Shown here one piece after another: positions 27,720-37,065 of a stretch of DNA of 64,000 nucleotides. This stretch comes from an uncultured Gammaproteobacteria bacterium (GTDB taxonomy: Bacteria > Patescibacteriota > Patescibacteriia > Magasanikbacterales > UBA922), in contig CAYFPJ010000001.1 in NCBI GenBank assembly GCA_964344965.1, forward strand, positions 22,771-86,770. Reading direction: 5' to 3'. A program made the position numbers and the translations under genes. Each line of letters opens with the position of its first letter. Positions within the stretch are counted from its first letter, which is position 1. A model generated the notes under the pieces. That model made no database searches. It saw only the letters and a list, made by a program, of their open reading frames with translations, and had not been told where the DNA came from.

Positions 27720-29033
27720 CTATTTTTTTGTATGTAATTCTCCGCTCAAAAAAATAGAACCGGTAACTAAAATTAGATCATCTTTCGAGGTGATCTTTTT
27801 TATACTCTCAAGAGCCTCTTTCGGATCAAGAAAAATTTTCATCTTAGTTTTTGGCAGAAGTTTTTTTAGCTTTTTATATATTGTTTGCGGGTCAGCTACT
27901 TTGCGAAAAGGGTTGCTGGTATAGCGAGTGATAGCTATTGATTTTGGGTTTAGTTTGGCAAGTTCGCGGAGCATGGTTGAGACATCTTTGTTGGCGGAGA
28001 AACCTATAATTAGGTGTATGGGTTTGCAAGTTTGCAAGTTTGCAAGTTTGCAAATTGCTTCCACTGTGGTTTTCATCTTATATGGATTGTGGGCGGCGTC
28101 GAGAATAATCGTTGGGTTTTGAGAGACTATTTCCATGCGGAGAGGTTGGTGTGCATTTTTGAGACCAAGCTTTATTTTGTTTTCTGGAACACCAAGTGAT
28201 CTTGCTATTTCTATACACAAAATTGCGTTCCTGATTTGATGTTGTCCAGGTACATTTATTTTGTAGTTTTGTTTATGGTAATTAAAAATTTGTTCATTAA
28301 AAAATTGTTTGAAAATTGAAAATTGAAAATTGAAAATTTTAAGCGAGGCTTTTTGTTTTTTACATTCATTTTCAATAATTTTCAATACTTTTTTGTTTTT
28401 TTCTGCTGTGAATACAAGATTGCCTTGCTTGATAATACCCGCTTTCTCATATGCAATTTCCTCCTTATTATTCCCAATGATTCCGACATGATCTAATCCG
28501 ATGTTGGTAATTACAGCAACATCTTTGTGAGGGATGACATTGCTAGCATCGTAGCGTCCACCGCAAGCCACCTCAAGTACTGCCCATTTTACTTTTTTAC
28601 GCGCAAAATAGACAAAACCGATTGCTTCGGTTAATTCAAAAAAAGATAGCATGTCGTACGGGGTGGTCCTGATATACTCATCCAACTTTGGTTTGATGTA
28701 TTCTATTAGCTCAACAAATTCACGTTTGCTCATGTATTTATTCCCGACCTTCCAGCGCTCAGTAATTGTAGTAGGGTGAGGAGAATAGGTTGATCCGACA
28801 TTTTTTTCACTTTCTTTCAAGATAGAGTGAAGGAAGCTGGTGACAGAGCCTTTGCCGCTAGTACCAGTAACATGTATGTAGTGAGAGATTTTTTTTTCTG
28901 GATTGTCTAGAATATCTAGGAAGAATTGAAGACGCTTAAGATACCACTCACATTTTCGTGGGTCGGTCATGTATTCTTTGCGGGGTAAGTTGAAGAGGGA
29001 GATGAGGTAGTTGTAGGCGGATTGGAAGTTCAC
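27720..29033 (-). CDS. folC: Mur-ligase-family folylpolyglutamate synthase / dihydrofolate synthase-like protein
   Basis: ATP-binding loop HVTGTSGKGS, the Mur ligase central and C-terminal domains. Carries in-frame tandem repeats (gtttgcaa x4; gaaaatt x4). Confidence 0.75.
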   Translation of the reverse strand: MNFQSAYNYLISLFNLPRKEYMTDPRKCEWYLKRLQFFLDILDNPEKKISHYIHVTGTSGKGSVTSFLHSILKESEKNVGSTYSPHPTTITERWKVGNKYMSKREFVELIEYIKPKLDEYIRTTPYDMLSFFELTEAIGFVYFARKKVKWAVLEVACGGRYDASNVIPHKDVAVITNIGLDHVGIIGNNKEEIAYEKAGIIKQGNLVFTAEKNKKVLKIIENECKKQKASLKIFNFQFSIFKQFFNEQIFNYHKQNYKINVPGQHQIRNAILCIEIARSLGVPENKIKLGLKNAHQPLRMEIVSQNPTIILDAAHNPYKMKTTVEAICKLANLQTCKPIHLIIGFSANKDVSTMLRELAKLNPKSIAITRYTSNPFRKVADPQTIYKKLKKLLPKTKMKIFLDPKEALESIKKITSKDDLILVTGSIFLSGELHTKK

Positions 29034-29097
29034 AAGTTAGCAAGTTAGCAAGTATTCAGGTTGGCAAGTATTCAGCCAACCTAAACTTGTTGATTTA

Positions 29098-29469
29098 TTA
29101 CATTGTTTTTTTATTTTCTATATTCATCCAACCACGAAGGGTTCTACCTGCTTCATTAGCTTTGCTATACAATACTCTTGCCGTTTCAATGGATATATAA
29201 TTAAGATCTTTTGATAGTATGATATAATATTTTACCTCTTCGAGAGAGCTCATTGATATCCCATAAAAGCATAATTTTTCACGAGAGGTTTTTCTATAAA
29301 AACCCTCAACAATATTAGCTGCTACAGAGGTTGAAGATCGACGCATTTGTGAAGATAATCCACATCTTTCTTCCTTTGGGAATTGTTGGGTTATTTGCTA
29401 CACGTCTAGATTAAAGGTATGTGCATGTTGCCATGCTCTTATATCTATAAATTTGGTAATTGTAGCCAT
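29098..29469 (-). pseudogene. four-helix-bundle protein (TIGR02436-like) gene interrupted by a single in-frame TAG at codon 24
   Basis: Minus-strand translation: MATITKFIDIRAWQHAHTFNLDV-stop-QITQQFPKEERCGLSSQMRRSSTSVAANIVEGF...SLEEVKYYIILSKDLNYI matches the family consensus end to end. The stop is at 29398-29400. Confidence 0.55.
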
Positions 29470-29529
29470 ATATAAAAACTTGTCAACTTGCTAACTTGAG
29501 TACTTGATGATTTGTTGTCTAGAAGTTAA

Positions 29530-30171
29530 TTATTTTTTATTACCAACTTTTTCACTGCGTAGCCACTTCACCAACGCATAAACAAGCGGAGTATCTAGCG
29601 CAGCAAAAGCAATCTTGAAGAGCCAATAGGTGACAGAAAGTTCTAGAATGAAGCCAACTGTGAATTTGTCATTGATACCATAGAAGGCAATGAACATGAA
29701 GAGCAGAGTGTCGATAGCCTGGCTGCCAAAGGTAGAGAGATTGTTTCTAAGCCACAAGTGTTTGCCTCCAGTTTTTTTCTTCCAAAATTCAAAGGCCCAC
29801 ACATCATGGACTTGAGCAACAATAAAGGCGATCAGGCTGGCGATGATCATACGGATGCTCCCGCCAAAGACTTGGACGTATTCTTCATTGAGATGATAGC
29901 GGTCTGCAGCTGGTAGTTTTACTGATATGTAAGTAAGTATTAAGACTAGAACTTGGGCGATAAGAGCAGCATAAACTAGTTGTTTTGCTTTCTTCTTACC
30001 ATAGACTTCAGAGATGGCGTCAGTCATGAGAAATGTAAGAGGATAAGCAAAGATTCCTACGGACACTGCAATTCCAAATAATGTTGTTACTTTCGAACCA
30101 AGTAGGTTGGCAGCGAGTAGTCCTGCCACAAAAATGGCAGAGACAATAGTGAGTTTGAATTCTTTTGTCAT
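29530..30171 (-). CDS. YhhQ/DUF165-family membrane protein (queuosine-precursor transporter family)
   Basis: 6 TM segments. Conserved TFLMTDAISEVYG and C-terminal motifs of DUF165. Confidence 0.65.
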   Translation of the reverse strand: MTKEFKLTIVSAIFVAGLLAANLLGSKVTTLFGIAVSVGIFAYPLTFLMTDAISEVYGKKKAKQLVYAALIAQVLVLILTYISVKLPAADRYHLNEEYVQVFGGSIRMIIASLIAFIVAQVHDVWAFEFWKKKTGGKHLWLRNNLSTFGSQAIDTLLFMFIAFYGINDKFTVGFILELSVTYWLFKIAFAALDTPLVYALVKWLRSEKVGNKK

Positions 30172-30187
30172 AATAAAAAGATGCTAA

Positions 30188-30207
30188 CCTGCCTGCCGGC
30201 AGGCAGG
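30188..30207. repeat. 20-bp GC palindrome CCTGCCTGCCGGCAGGCAGG
   Basis: Perfect copy, followed by ACGAAT-word-rich AT sequence. Confidence 0.8.
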
Positions 30208-30373
30208 TATACGAATTGTACTAATGATACTAATTGTATACGAATAATAAGATTAAGATAATTTGGTTGACTTTACTGACAATAGAATGATTTGAAAAAT
30301 ATATTAGTATTCATTCGTATCATTAGTAAAGTTAGTATATTGGTATCATATTTACAACATATGTTTGTATCGT

Positions 30374-31450
30374 TTACCTTGCTAACACATAATTCATATT
30401 CCCCACATTCCGTACTTTACCCTTCATCTCCATCATGGTGAGAGTGGCGTTTACTTCTGGACTAGAAAGCCCAGATTGCTTGGTGAGATGATCGACATGA
30501 GCTGGTTCTCGCGATAGATGTTCAAGTAGCTTTGCCTCAGTAGGGGAGTCGGGCAATATTTCTTTATTTGTAACATACTTCTCAATGTCCTGCAAATTGA
30601 GAGCCTCCAGTATGTCTGTGGCAGTAGTGACCACCTTCGCTCCCATTTTGATAAGATTGTTGGGGCCTGCTGCTGTAGGTGAGGTGATGTTTTGGGGGAT
30701 GGCAAATACTTCTCGCCCATCATTGAGGGCACATTCAGCTGTGATGAGAGCTCCAGATTTTTCTGGGGCTTCTATGACTAGGGTTCCGAGAGACATGCCA
30801 GCAATGATGCGGTTTCTTCTTGGGAAAGTGAATTTACTAGGTAAAGCTCCTGGGGGATATTCTGAGATTATAGCTCCGCCTGCTTCTATTATTTTTTCTG
30901 ATAAACTACGATGGGCAGCTGGATATATGTGGGATTTGTTTATCCCTGACCCCAGAACTGCCACTGTATTTCCGTGGTTGCTTATAGCCGTGCTGTGAGC
31001 AATACCATCTATCCCAAAGGCCAATCCGCTAATAATATTTATTCCTTGGCTAGCTAGTTGACTGACAATTTCTTCTGTCACTTGTTTGCCATAGGGTGTG
31101 TACTTTCTAGTACCTACCACACCTAGATTGAAGCCTTTTTTTACCTCACCACGGACAAATAAACAAAATGGAGGGTCATATATTTCTTTCAATAATTCCG
31201 GATATTCTTCATTGTCTTTGAAGACACATTTGATTTGTTCTTTTTCTAATATTTTATTTATTTTTTCTTCGTTTATCTTTTTTCGCCAATTTACAAATTC
31301 TGTAATTATTTCTTCTTTCCACTTACTTTTTTTTAATTCTTTAGCACTAGCTTGCCACACTTCCTCCAGAGAAGAAAAAACTGCCAGTAGCTGCTGATAG
31401 CGATTGACAGTTATTTTTGGAAAAAATGATAGGAGAATTCTTTTGTCCAT
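30374..31450 (-). CDS. dprA: DNA processing protein DprA (Smf)
   Basis: Rossmann-like DprA core (GVVGTRKYTPYGKQV...SGLAFGIDGIAHSTA...AVLGSGI). 358 aa. Confidence 0.88.
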   Translation of the reverse strand: MDKRILLSFFPKITVNRYQQLLAVFSSLEEVWQASAKELKKSKWKEEIITEFVNWRKKINEEKINKILEKEQIKCVFKDNEEYPELLKEIYDPPFCLFVRGEVKKGFNLGVVGTRKYTPYGKQVTEEIVSQLASQGINIISGLAFGIDGIAHSTAISNHGNTVAVLGSGINKSHIYPAAHRSLSEKIIEAGGAIISEYPPGALPSKFTFPRRNRIIAGMSLGTLVIEAPEKSGALITAECALNDGREVFAIPQNITSPTAAGPNNLIKMGAKVVTTATDILEALNLQDIEKYVTNKEILPDSPTEAKLLEHLSREPAHVDHLTKQSGLSSPEVNATLTMMEMKGKVRNVGNMNYVLAR

Positions 31451-31485
31451 ATGAGTATGCAGATATACGGATAATTCAGATCTAC

Positions 31486-31645
31486 GGATATTTAATCCCG
31501 ACCTCGTTCCTCGGTACGGGACGAGGGACTGGTTTAACCTGCCTGCCGGTCTTCGACTATGAAGCTCAGACTGAATAGCAGGCAGGCCCCCCGAGACTTG
31601 CTTCGGAAAAAAGGGTCCAGGGGCTTGTCTTAGGGTTCATACCTT
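31486..31645. repeat. about 150-bp structured repeat, copy 1; its internal GC palindrome is split by a 28-nt insert
   Basis: ttaatcccgacctcgttcctcggtacgggacgag...ggtttaacctgcctgccgg[tcttcgactatgaagctcagactgaata]gcaggcagg...gggtccag...catacc..ttgatt. Shared with 36248-36400. Confidence 0.75.
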
Positions 31646-31662
31646 TGATTGGATTTATAAAT

Positions 31663-32205
31663 TTAAAGTAATTTATTTATCTCATCGACACTTTGTTCTA
31701 GTATTTTATTTAGTTCTCTTTTTTCGAGCAGACCAAATTTTCCCAAAACAAATCTAGAGGTGTTTTCCATTTTTTTTTCGTTATTACTAGCTATGCCAAT
31801 GCGGATGCGAGTAAAGTCTTTGGTGCCAAGATGATTAATAATTGATCTGATGCCATTATGCCCAGCATGGCCACGGTCACTTTGCACTTTTATTTCTCCA
31901 AGTTTCAGATCTTTGTCGTCGTGAGCCACCACAATATCATCAATGCCAATGTTGTAGAAGTTGGTAATAAGCCAGACTGATTGGCCAGAGTGATTCATAT
32001 AGGTCATTGGTTTGGCAAGAATAATTTTCTCTCCATTTAGGCTTGTTTCATAGATCTCTGCATTGAATTTTTTGCTTAGCTTCCATATCTCTTTAGATCC
32101 TGGTTCCAGCTTTTTTTTCAATGCATCGAGCACCATAAAACCCACGTTATGACGGGTACGTGCGTATTGTCTACCTGGATTGCCAAGTCCGATGATGAGT
32201 TTCAT
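31663..32205 (-). CDS. pth: peptidyl-tRNA hydrolase
   Basis: MKLIIGLGNPGRQYARTRHNVGF and the HDDKDL / GHNG catalytic motifs. Confidence 0.9.
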   Translation of the reverse strand: MKLIIGLGNPGRQYARTRHNVGFMVLDALKKKLEPGSKEIWKLSKKFNAEIYETSLNGEKIILAKPMTYMNHSGQSVWLITNFYNIGIDDIVVAHDDKDLKLGEIKVQSDRGHAGHNGIRSIINHLGTKDFTRIRIGIASNNEKKMENTSRFVLGKFGLLEKRELNKILEQSVDEINKLL

Positions 32206-32285
32206 AAGGCTAGTTCATAGCAAATAGTTCTTGGCCAATATTCTTGTCATCTATGAACTATTGGCTTTGAACTATGAACTGTAAA

Positions 32286-33683
32286 TTATCTTTTCATCTT
32301 AGTTAATTTAATTATAATCGGTGTACCATAAAAATCAAATCTTTCTCGTAGCTTATTTTCTAGATAATTGATGTATGATCTGTGTACTGAGGTGCGATAT
32401 TTTACAAAGATTTCAAATACTGGCGGGGCTGTATCTATTTGTCTTATACCCATCAATTTTGGGTGCCTAGTCCCTTTTCCTCTAGAGGGGCGATGTTCTT
32501 TTGTTACTTGCTCCAAAAAGTTTTCTAGCACCTTTACAGGTATTTTGGTTTTTCTAGAGTTCCACACTCGCATAATTTCTGGTAGTATGCTGTGAACATG
32601 TAGTCCAGTTTTACCGCTCACCAAGAGCATAGGGGCGAATTTTAGATGTGGAAAATATGAATAGACCATTCTCTTTACGTACTTTTGATTTTGTTCACTA
32701 TTGTCTTCTGCAAGGTCCCATTTGTTAACAAGTATAATGACACTTCTGCCATGTCTTTCTAATAATCCTCCAAGCTGCATATCTTGTGATGATATAGATT
32801 CCTTTCCGTCAATCACAAATAGGACAACTTCTGACTCACTGGCGGCGTCAATACTTTTGAAAATTCCCTCTCTTTCCAATTTTCCTTTTACTTTGGATTT
32901 ACGTCTTATACCGGCAGTGTCAATAAAATTTATTTTTTGGTTTATTTTTTTTGAACCAATTTTGTGTTCATATATTACTAATGTGTCATGTGGTTCACGA
33001 GTTGTATGAGCCATGTCGCTGACTATCACTTTTTCTTGACCAATTAGCTTGTTGAATAATGATGATTTGCCTACATTTGGTTTACCTATCAGGCTTACAT
33101 TTATGACAGAGTCATCCAAATTGTAACTTTTTTTGGGACGTCTTTTGGATTTATTTAATAATTTGTAAATAAGATCCAACAAGTCGCCAGTATTGGCACC
33201 GCTGGTGGCTGAGATAGCAAACGGTTCGCCAAGACCAAGAGAAAACCACTCTTTTTCATAAAGGTTTTTTTGATACTTTTTGCTATCCACCTTATTGGCA
33301 ATTAAGATTACTGGTTTTTCGATGATTCTTCTGAGACGCCTGGCTAGATCTTTTTCTTGGGGGAGTACTCCTGTTTGTGCATCAGTCATAAACAATATTA
33401 TGTCAGCCTCCTTCATTGCTTTTTTTGACTGCTTCAAAATATCTTCTTCTAGAGGAACACCTTCTTCAAATCTAAGACCTCCTGTGTCTACAAGACGAAT
33501 ATATTTGCCACGCCATATCACCACCCCCTCATTGTTGGTCCTCGTTGTGCCCGGCACATTGGAAACAATTGCTTTTTGCTCTTCTGTGAGGCGATTAAAT
33601 AGGGTAGATTTACCGACATTTACTCTACCTACTAAGGCCACCACTGGCAAATTATCTATACTTCTTTTTGTGTTTTTTGACAT
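32286..33683 (-). CDS. der: ribosome-associated GTPase Der (EngA), tandem GTPase domains + KH-like domain
   Basis: Two G1 loops (GRVNVGKST, GKPNVGKSS), two DTAG/DTGG motifs, C-terminal KH. 465 aa. Confidence 0.9.
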   Translation of the reverse strand: MSKNTKRSIDNLPVVALVGRVNVGKSTLFNRLTEEQKAIVSNVPGTTRTNNEGVVIWRGKYIRLVDTGGLRFEEGVPLEEDILKQSKKAMKEADIILFMTDAQTGVLPQEKDLARRLRRIIEKPVILIANKVDSKKYQKNLYEKEWFSLGLGEPFAISATSGANTGDLLDLIYKLLNKSKRRPKKSYNLDDSVINVSLIGKPNVGKSSLFNKLIGQEKVIVSDMAHTTREPHDTLVIYEHKIGSKKINQKINFIDTAGIRRKSKVKGKLEREGIFKSIDAASESEVVLFVIDGKESISSQDMQLGGLLERHGRSVIILVNKWDLAEDNSEQNQKYVKRMVYSYFPHLKFAPMLLVSGKTGLHVHSILPEIMRVWNSRKTKIPVKVLENFLEQVTKEHRPSRGKGTRHPKLMGIRQIDTAPPVFEIFVKYRTSVHRSYINYLENKLRERFDFYGTPIIIKLTKMKR

Positions 33684-33716
33684 AATGTTTATTTTAGTAA
33701 CTAGTAACTAGAAATT

Positions 33717-35162
33717 TTATAGTGAATCATAGTCAAAGTCTTCTCCCAAGATTATCAGTATGTCTGATCCAGGGGCAAAGCTTTCTGTGCTGGGGAGATT
33801 TTCTTTGACAGGAATATCTAGTATTTCTTTCAGGGCTGGTGTAATATCTTTTTTCCCCTTATTGCTAACTTGGTATATACCACTTTCCAGTATTGGTCTT
33901 TCTGATGTGTTGCCTACTTTTGTGATAAGAAAATTATTTTTTTCTAATTCTTTTTTGGTCCGAGCTGCGAGACCAGCTTGCCATGTGCCATTTTGGATTT
34001 CTACATTTGCCTGACTGACAGTTGGTGTTTCTTGTTTGGGGGTATTGTCTTTTATTTTTACTGGGTTTTTTTGATCAAAAATCATCTCTATCATTTCACT
34101 TATTTCTTTAAAATTTCCAGAAGATGGCTCCAGAATGAAAGCTCCTTCTAGGCTGCGGGCATTTTTTAGGTATCCGTCAACACTATTGTCAAGCACCACT
34201 GTATTTATATTGTCGGTGTCTAATGTCTTACTTAATTTCAACATGGCAATAATATCTGAAAATTCCATGTTGGTGGTTATGTGCTTGTCTAAGGTTTTTA
34301 TAATATTGTGGATACGAATTGGATTGGCAAGTGTCTCAAAAGATATAACTTTTTCTTTTAGGGCTAGGATCATTTTTTGTTGCCTTTTTGCTCTTGCGAA
34401 GTCGGAGCCTTCTCCGTTATTGCCATGTCTTGATCTGGCGTACTGAAGAGCCTCTTCTCCATTCATATTGGTTATCCCTTTTTCGAAGTGGACAGTTTGA
34501 TATTCATGGTTGTCTGCTGGATATTCTAGATCTGTGAATGTCCGTTCTACATTTATTTTTATGCCACCTATCTCTTCTATCACATCTTTTACAGCCTGGA
34601 AGTCTACTCTTATGTAATAATGAATGTCTATATCGAACGTGTCGGAGATAACTTCTGTTGCTAATTTTGCTCCACTATTTTCTTTTTTTGCTTCACCTAT
34701 AGCGTTGGCACTGTTTATCTTTCTCCAGCCATACCCTGGAATTTTTACACCAAGATCACGAGGAATCGAGACCATCGATACTTGGTTGGTGGAAGGTTTG
34801 ATACTAGCAATGATGACGGTATCAGTCAAGAAGGGTCCGTCATGCCCAAGACCTCCCATGCCAAGAAGAAGGACATTGATACGGTCGTCTCTCTGCCCTT
34901 CTAATGTTATGTCTTTGCTGAATACGAAGTTCTTTATTCTTTTCAATAGACTGGCAGGTTTTTTTGGTTCCAGTGTAACCGGATCGTAAGCTTCTGGGTC
35001 GTTTGGTATGTTTTGTTGGATCATGCTTTTTGCTCCATATCCGCCAACCAAGACAACAGCAATAATTATGAAATATAAAAAAAAACGTGGTTTTTTATTC
35101 CGGTTTTTTATTCTTTTTTCTCTAGTATTTTCTTCTAAGAAATTTGTTTTCCTATTTTCCAT
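33717..35162 (-). CDS. LytR-CpsA-Psr (LCP) family cell-envelope phosphotransferase
   Basis: N-terminal TM, then LCP core INVLLLGMGG...DTVIIASI...SIPRDL. Confidence 0.85.
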   Translation of the reverse strand: MENRKTNFLEENTREKRIKNRNKKPRFFLYFIIIAVVLVGGYGAKSMIQQNIPNDPEAYDPVTLEPKKPASLLKRIKNFVFSKDITLEGQRDDRINVLLLGMGGLGHDGPFLTDTVIIASIKPSTNQVSMVSIPRDLGVKIPGYGWRKINSANAIGEAKKENSGAKLATEVISDTFDIDIHYYIRVDFQAVKDVIEEIGGIKINVERTFTDLEYPADNHEYQTVHFEKGITNMNGEEALQYARSRHGNNGEGSDFARAKRQQKMILALKEKVISFETLANPIRIHNIIKTLDKHITTNMEFSDIIAMLKLSKTLDTDNINTVVLDNSVDGYLKNARSLEGAFILEPSSGNFKEISEMIEMIFDQKNPVKIKDNTPKQETPTVSQANVEIQNGTWQAGLAARTKKELEKNNFLITKVGNTSERPILESGIYQVSNKGKKDITPALKEILDIPVKENLPSTESFAPGSDILIILGEDFDYDSL

Positions 35163-35316
35163 AATGGACCCTAGTATACGTGATTTTTTTATTTTTTACA
35201 ATCGATCTCTCTTTTTCTATTTTTAATCTTGTCTTGCTCAAAATGTCTTGCTCAAAATATTAGCTTTGTGCTATACTTAGTTTAAATTTGAACTCATATC
35301 AAGTTTTTCAAACCCA

Positions 35317-35399
35317 CCAAAATATTAACTTATTTTTTAGCCCCAAAACTCGTCTTTGGACTCACACAATTGTGTCTAAAAAATAAGTTAATATTTTGG
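35317..35399. promoter_or_regulatory. 24-bp perfect inverted repeat (ccaaaatattaacttattttttag / ctaaaaaataagttaatattttgg) with a nested 12-bp palindrome ACACAATTGTGT, in a divergent intergenic region
   Basis: Arms are exact reverse complements. The inner palindrome is at 35363-35374. Confidence 0.5.
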
Positions 35400-35462
35400 C
35401 TCTATTTTGGTCAAAAATAGGTAAAACTTAATACAAGTTCTTTAAGGAGTATTTTTCTGTTT

Positions 35463-35966
35463 ATGCCAGAAGCATTGTCAGAACAAACAACAATTGGAGA
35501 TATAAAGCACCGATGGACTATCCAAGAGTATGATAGCCATGATCGAGGTACTTTATGGCACATCCTCATGATCACTTTGGGGATAATATTTGTGGTGTAT
35601 GCCTTATGGACTGGTAATTTTTTGTTTGCCTTGATAGTGGTACTATTTTCAATAGTAATTTTTTTACAGTCTAATCAAGAAGCCTTACAAGTCAATTTCG
35701 CAATTACAGATCTTGGTATAGTGATTGGTCGTAGATTTTATGCTTATTCTGAATTTGAAAGTTTTTATGTGATTTACCAGCCACCGGAAGTAAAGACTCT
35801 GTTTCTAGAGACCAGAAGCACCTTCCGTCCATCGATTCGTATCCCTCTACTTGACGAAGATCCTGTGCAGGTCAGGAAAGATCTTTCTATTTTTTTGGAA
35901 GAGGATCTCGAAAAGGAAGATGAGCCACTTAGTGACAGAGCTGCGAGGAGATGGAAGATACATTAG
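35463..35966 (+). CDS. hypothetical membrane protein (2 TM, 167 aa)
   Basis: ORF with two hydrophobic helices. No motif. Confidence 0.45.
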   Translation: MPEALSEQTTIGDIKHRWTIQEYDSHDRGTLWHILMITLGIIFVVYALWTGNFLFALIVVLFSIVIFLQSNQEALQVNFAITDLGIVIGRRFYAYSEFESFYVIYQPPEVKTLFLETRSTFRPSIRIPLLDEDPVQVRKDLSIFLEEDLEKEDEPLSDRAARRWKIH

Positions 35967-36138
35967 TGAAATTTTCAATTTTTAATTTTCAATTTTTAAA
36001 ATTGTCTTATTGACAGTTTTATTTTTTTACGATATATTGTTGACGTCAAATGCCCCTGTTGCCCCTGTAGTTTCCCGACTTTGTCGGGATCAGCCTTTGG
36101 CTGATAATGGATAGTCCCGATATATAGATTTTGGTTCA

Positions 36139-36210
36139 GCTCTCGTCGTTCAACGGATAGGACACCAGTTTGCGGAACTGGCAATGCAGGTTCGATTCCT
36201 GCCGAGAGCA
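36139..36210 (+). tRNA. tRNA with anticodon GCG (reads as tRNA-Arg)
   Basis: GCTCTCG-TC-GTTC-AACGGATA-GGAC-A-CCAGT-TTGCGGA-ACTGG-CAAT-GCAGG-TTCGATT-CCTGC-CGAGAGC-A. All four stems pair. U33 and G37 are present. Confidence 0.75.
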
Positions 36211-36247
36211 CTATTTTTGAAGGTTTTGTACTACGTACGTTTCCTAC

Positions 36248-36400
36248 GATTTTAATCCCGACCTCGTTCCTCGGTACGGGACGAGAGATCGGTTTAACCT
36301 GCCTGCCGGCAGGCAGGTTCCCCGGGGCTTGCCCCGGAAAAATGGGTCCAGTCCCGATAAAATCGGGACTGGGGCTCATACCATTGATTTAAACTTTTTG
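36248..36400. repeat. about 150-bp structured repeat, copy 2 (intact GC palindrome at 36298-36317), 38 nt downstream of the tRNA
   Basis: Aligns with 31486-31645. Contains hairpins ccgggg-cttg-ccccgg and agtcccgat-aaaa-tcgggact. Confidence 0.75.
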
Positions 36401-36437
36401 GTATACTAGGATTGAAATGTTCTAGTTTTATTTTTTT

Positions 36438-37061
36438 ATGCAGAAGATAGAAAAAAATACTCCAAAAACACAAATTATTTTTTCAGTTATTATATTGTTG
36501 TTTGCCAATATACTTGTTATTGGTTTAGCCTTATTTTATTACTGGTCGCTTCATACATTTTTTTTGGTATTTTGGGCCCAAAGTTTGATTATTGGTTTTT
36601 TCTATATTTTGAAAATACTTGATCTAAAAAATTTTTCTACCGAGGGAGTAAAGGTCAATGGAAAATTGGTAAAACCAACAAAAAAGTTTAAAAAAGAAAG
36701 TGCTTGGTTTTTCTTACTCCATTATGGTTTTGTGCATTTTTGTATTTATTTTGCTATTGGTGATATGGCTGGGGAGGTTGATTGGAAAATGGTAATAATC
36801 GGGTCAATTATCTTCTTTGTAAATCACTGTTTGTCTTTTATCATAAATAGAAAACAAGATCGTCTACGGGTTTTTCATATTGGTAAAATTATGATTTTCC
36901 CATATTTGCGTATTTTTCCAATGATTATATTAATTTGGTTAGCATTGAACTTTGCTTCAGACCAATCAACACTTTTATTTTTTTTGGCATTTAAAATTGT
37001 GGCTGATATGACTATGCATGTTGTGGAGCATATTTGGCATGGTGAGACATCATTTTTGTAG
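36438..37061 (+). CDS. hypothetical polytopic membrane protein (207 aa)
   Basis: 5-6 hydrophobic segments. No motif. Confidence 0.45.
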   Translation: MQKIEKNTPKTQIIFSVIILLFANILVIGLALFYYWSLHTFFLVFWAQSLIIGFFYILKILDLKNFSTEGVKVNGKLVKPTKKFKKESAWFFLLHYGFVHFCIYFAIGDMAGEVDWKMVIIGSIIFFVNHCLSFIINRKQDRLRVFHIGKIMIFPYLRIFPMIILIWLALNFASDQSTLLFFLAFKIVADMTMHVVEHIWHGETSFL

Positions 37062-37065
37062 ATAC

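Noticed and set aside
28020-28340. Possible CRISPR-like arrays from the gtttgcaa and gaaaatt tandem repeats (and similar short tandem repeats elsewhere)
   Set aside because: Units are 7-8 bp with no spacers and lie inside a coding sequence. No repeat-spacer architecture of 25-40-bp repeats is present anywhere in the window, and no cas genes were seen.
35996-36379. 127-aa minus-strand ORF
   Set aside because: It overlaps the plus-strand tRNA and the 150-bp repeat copy. GC-rich repeat sequence produces a spurious open frame.
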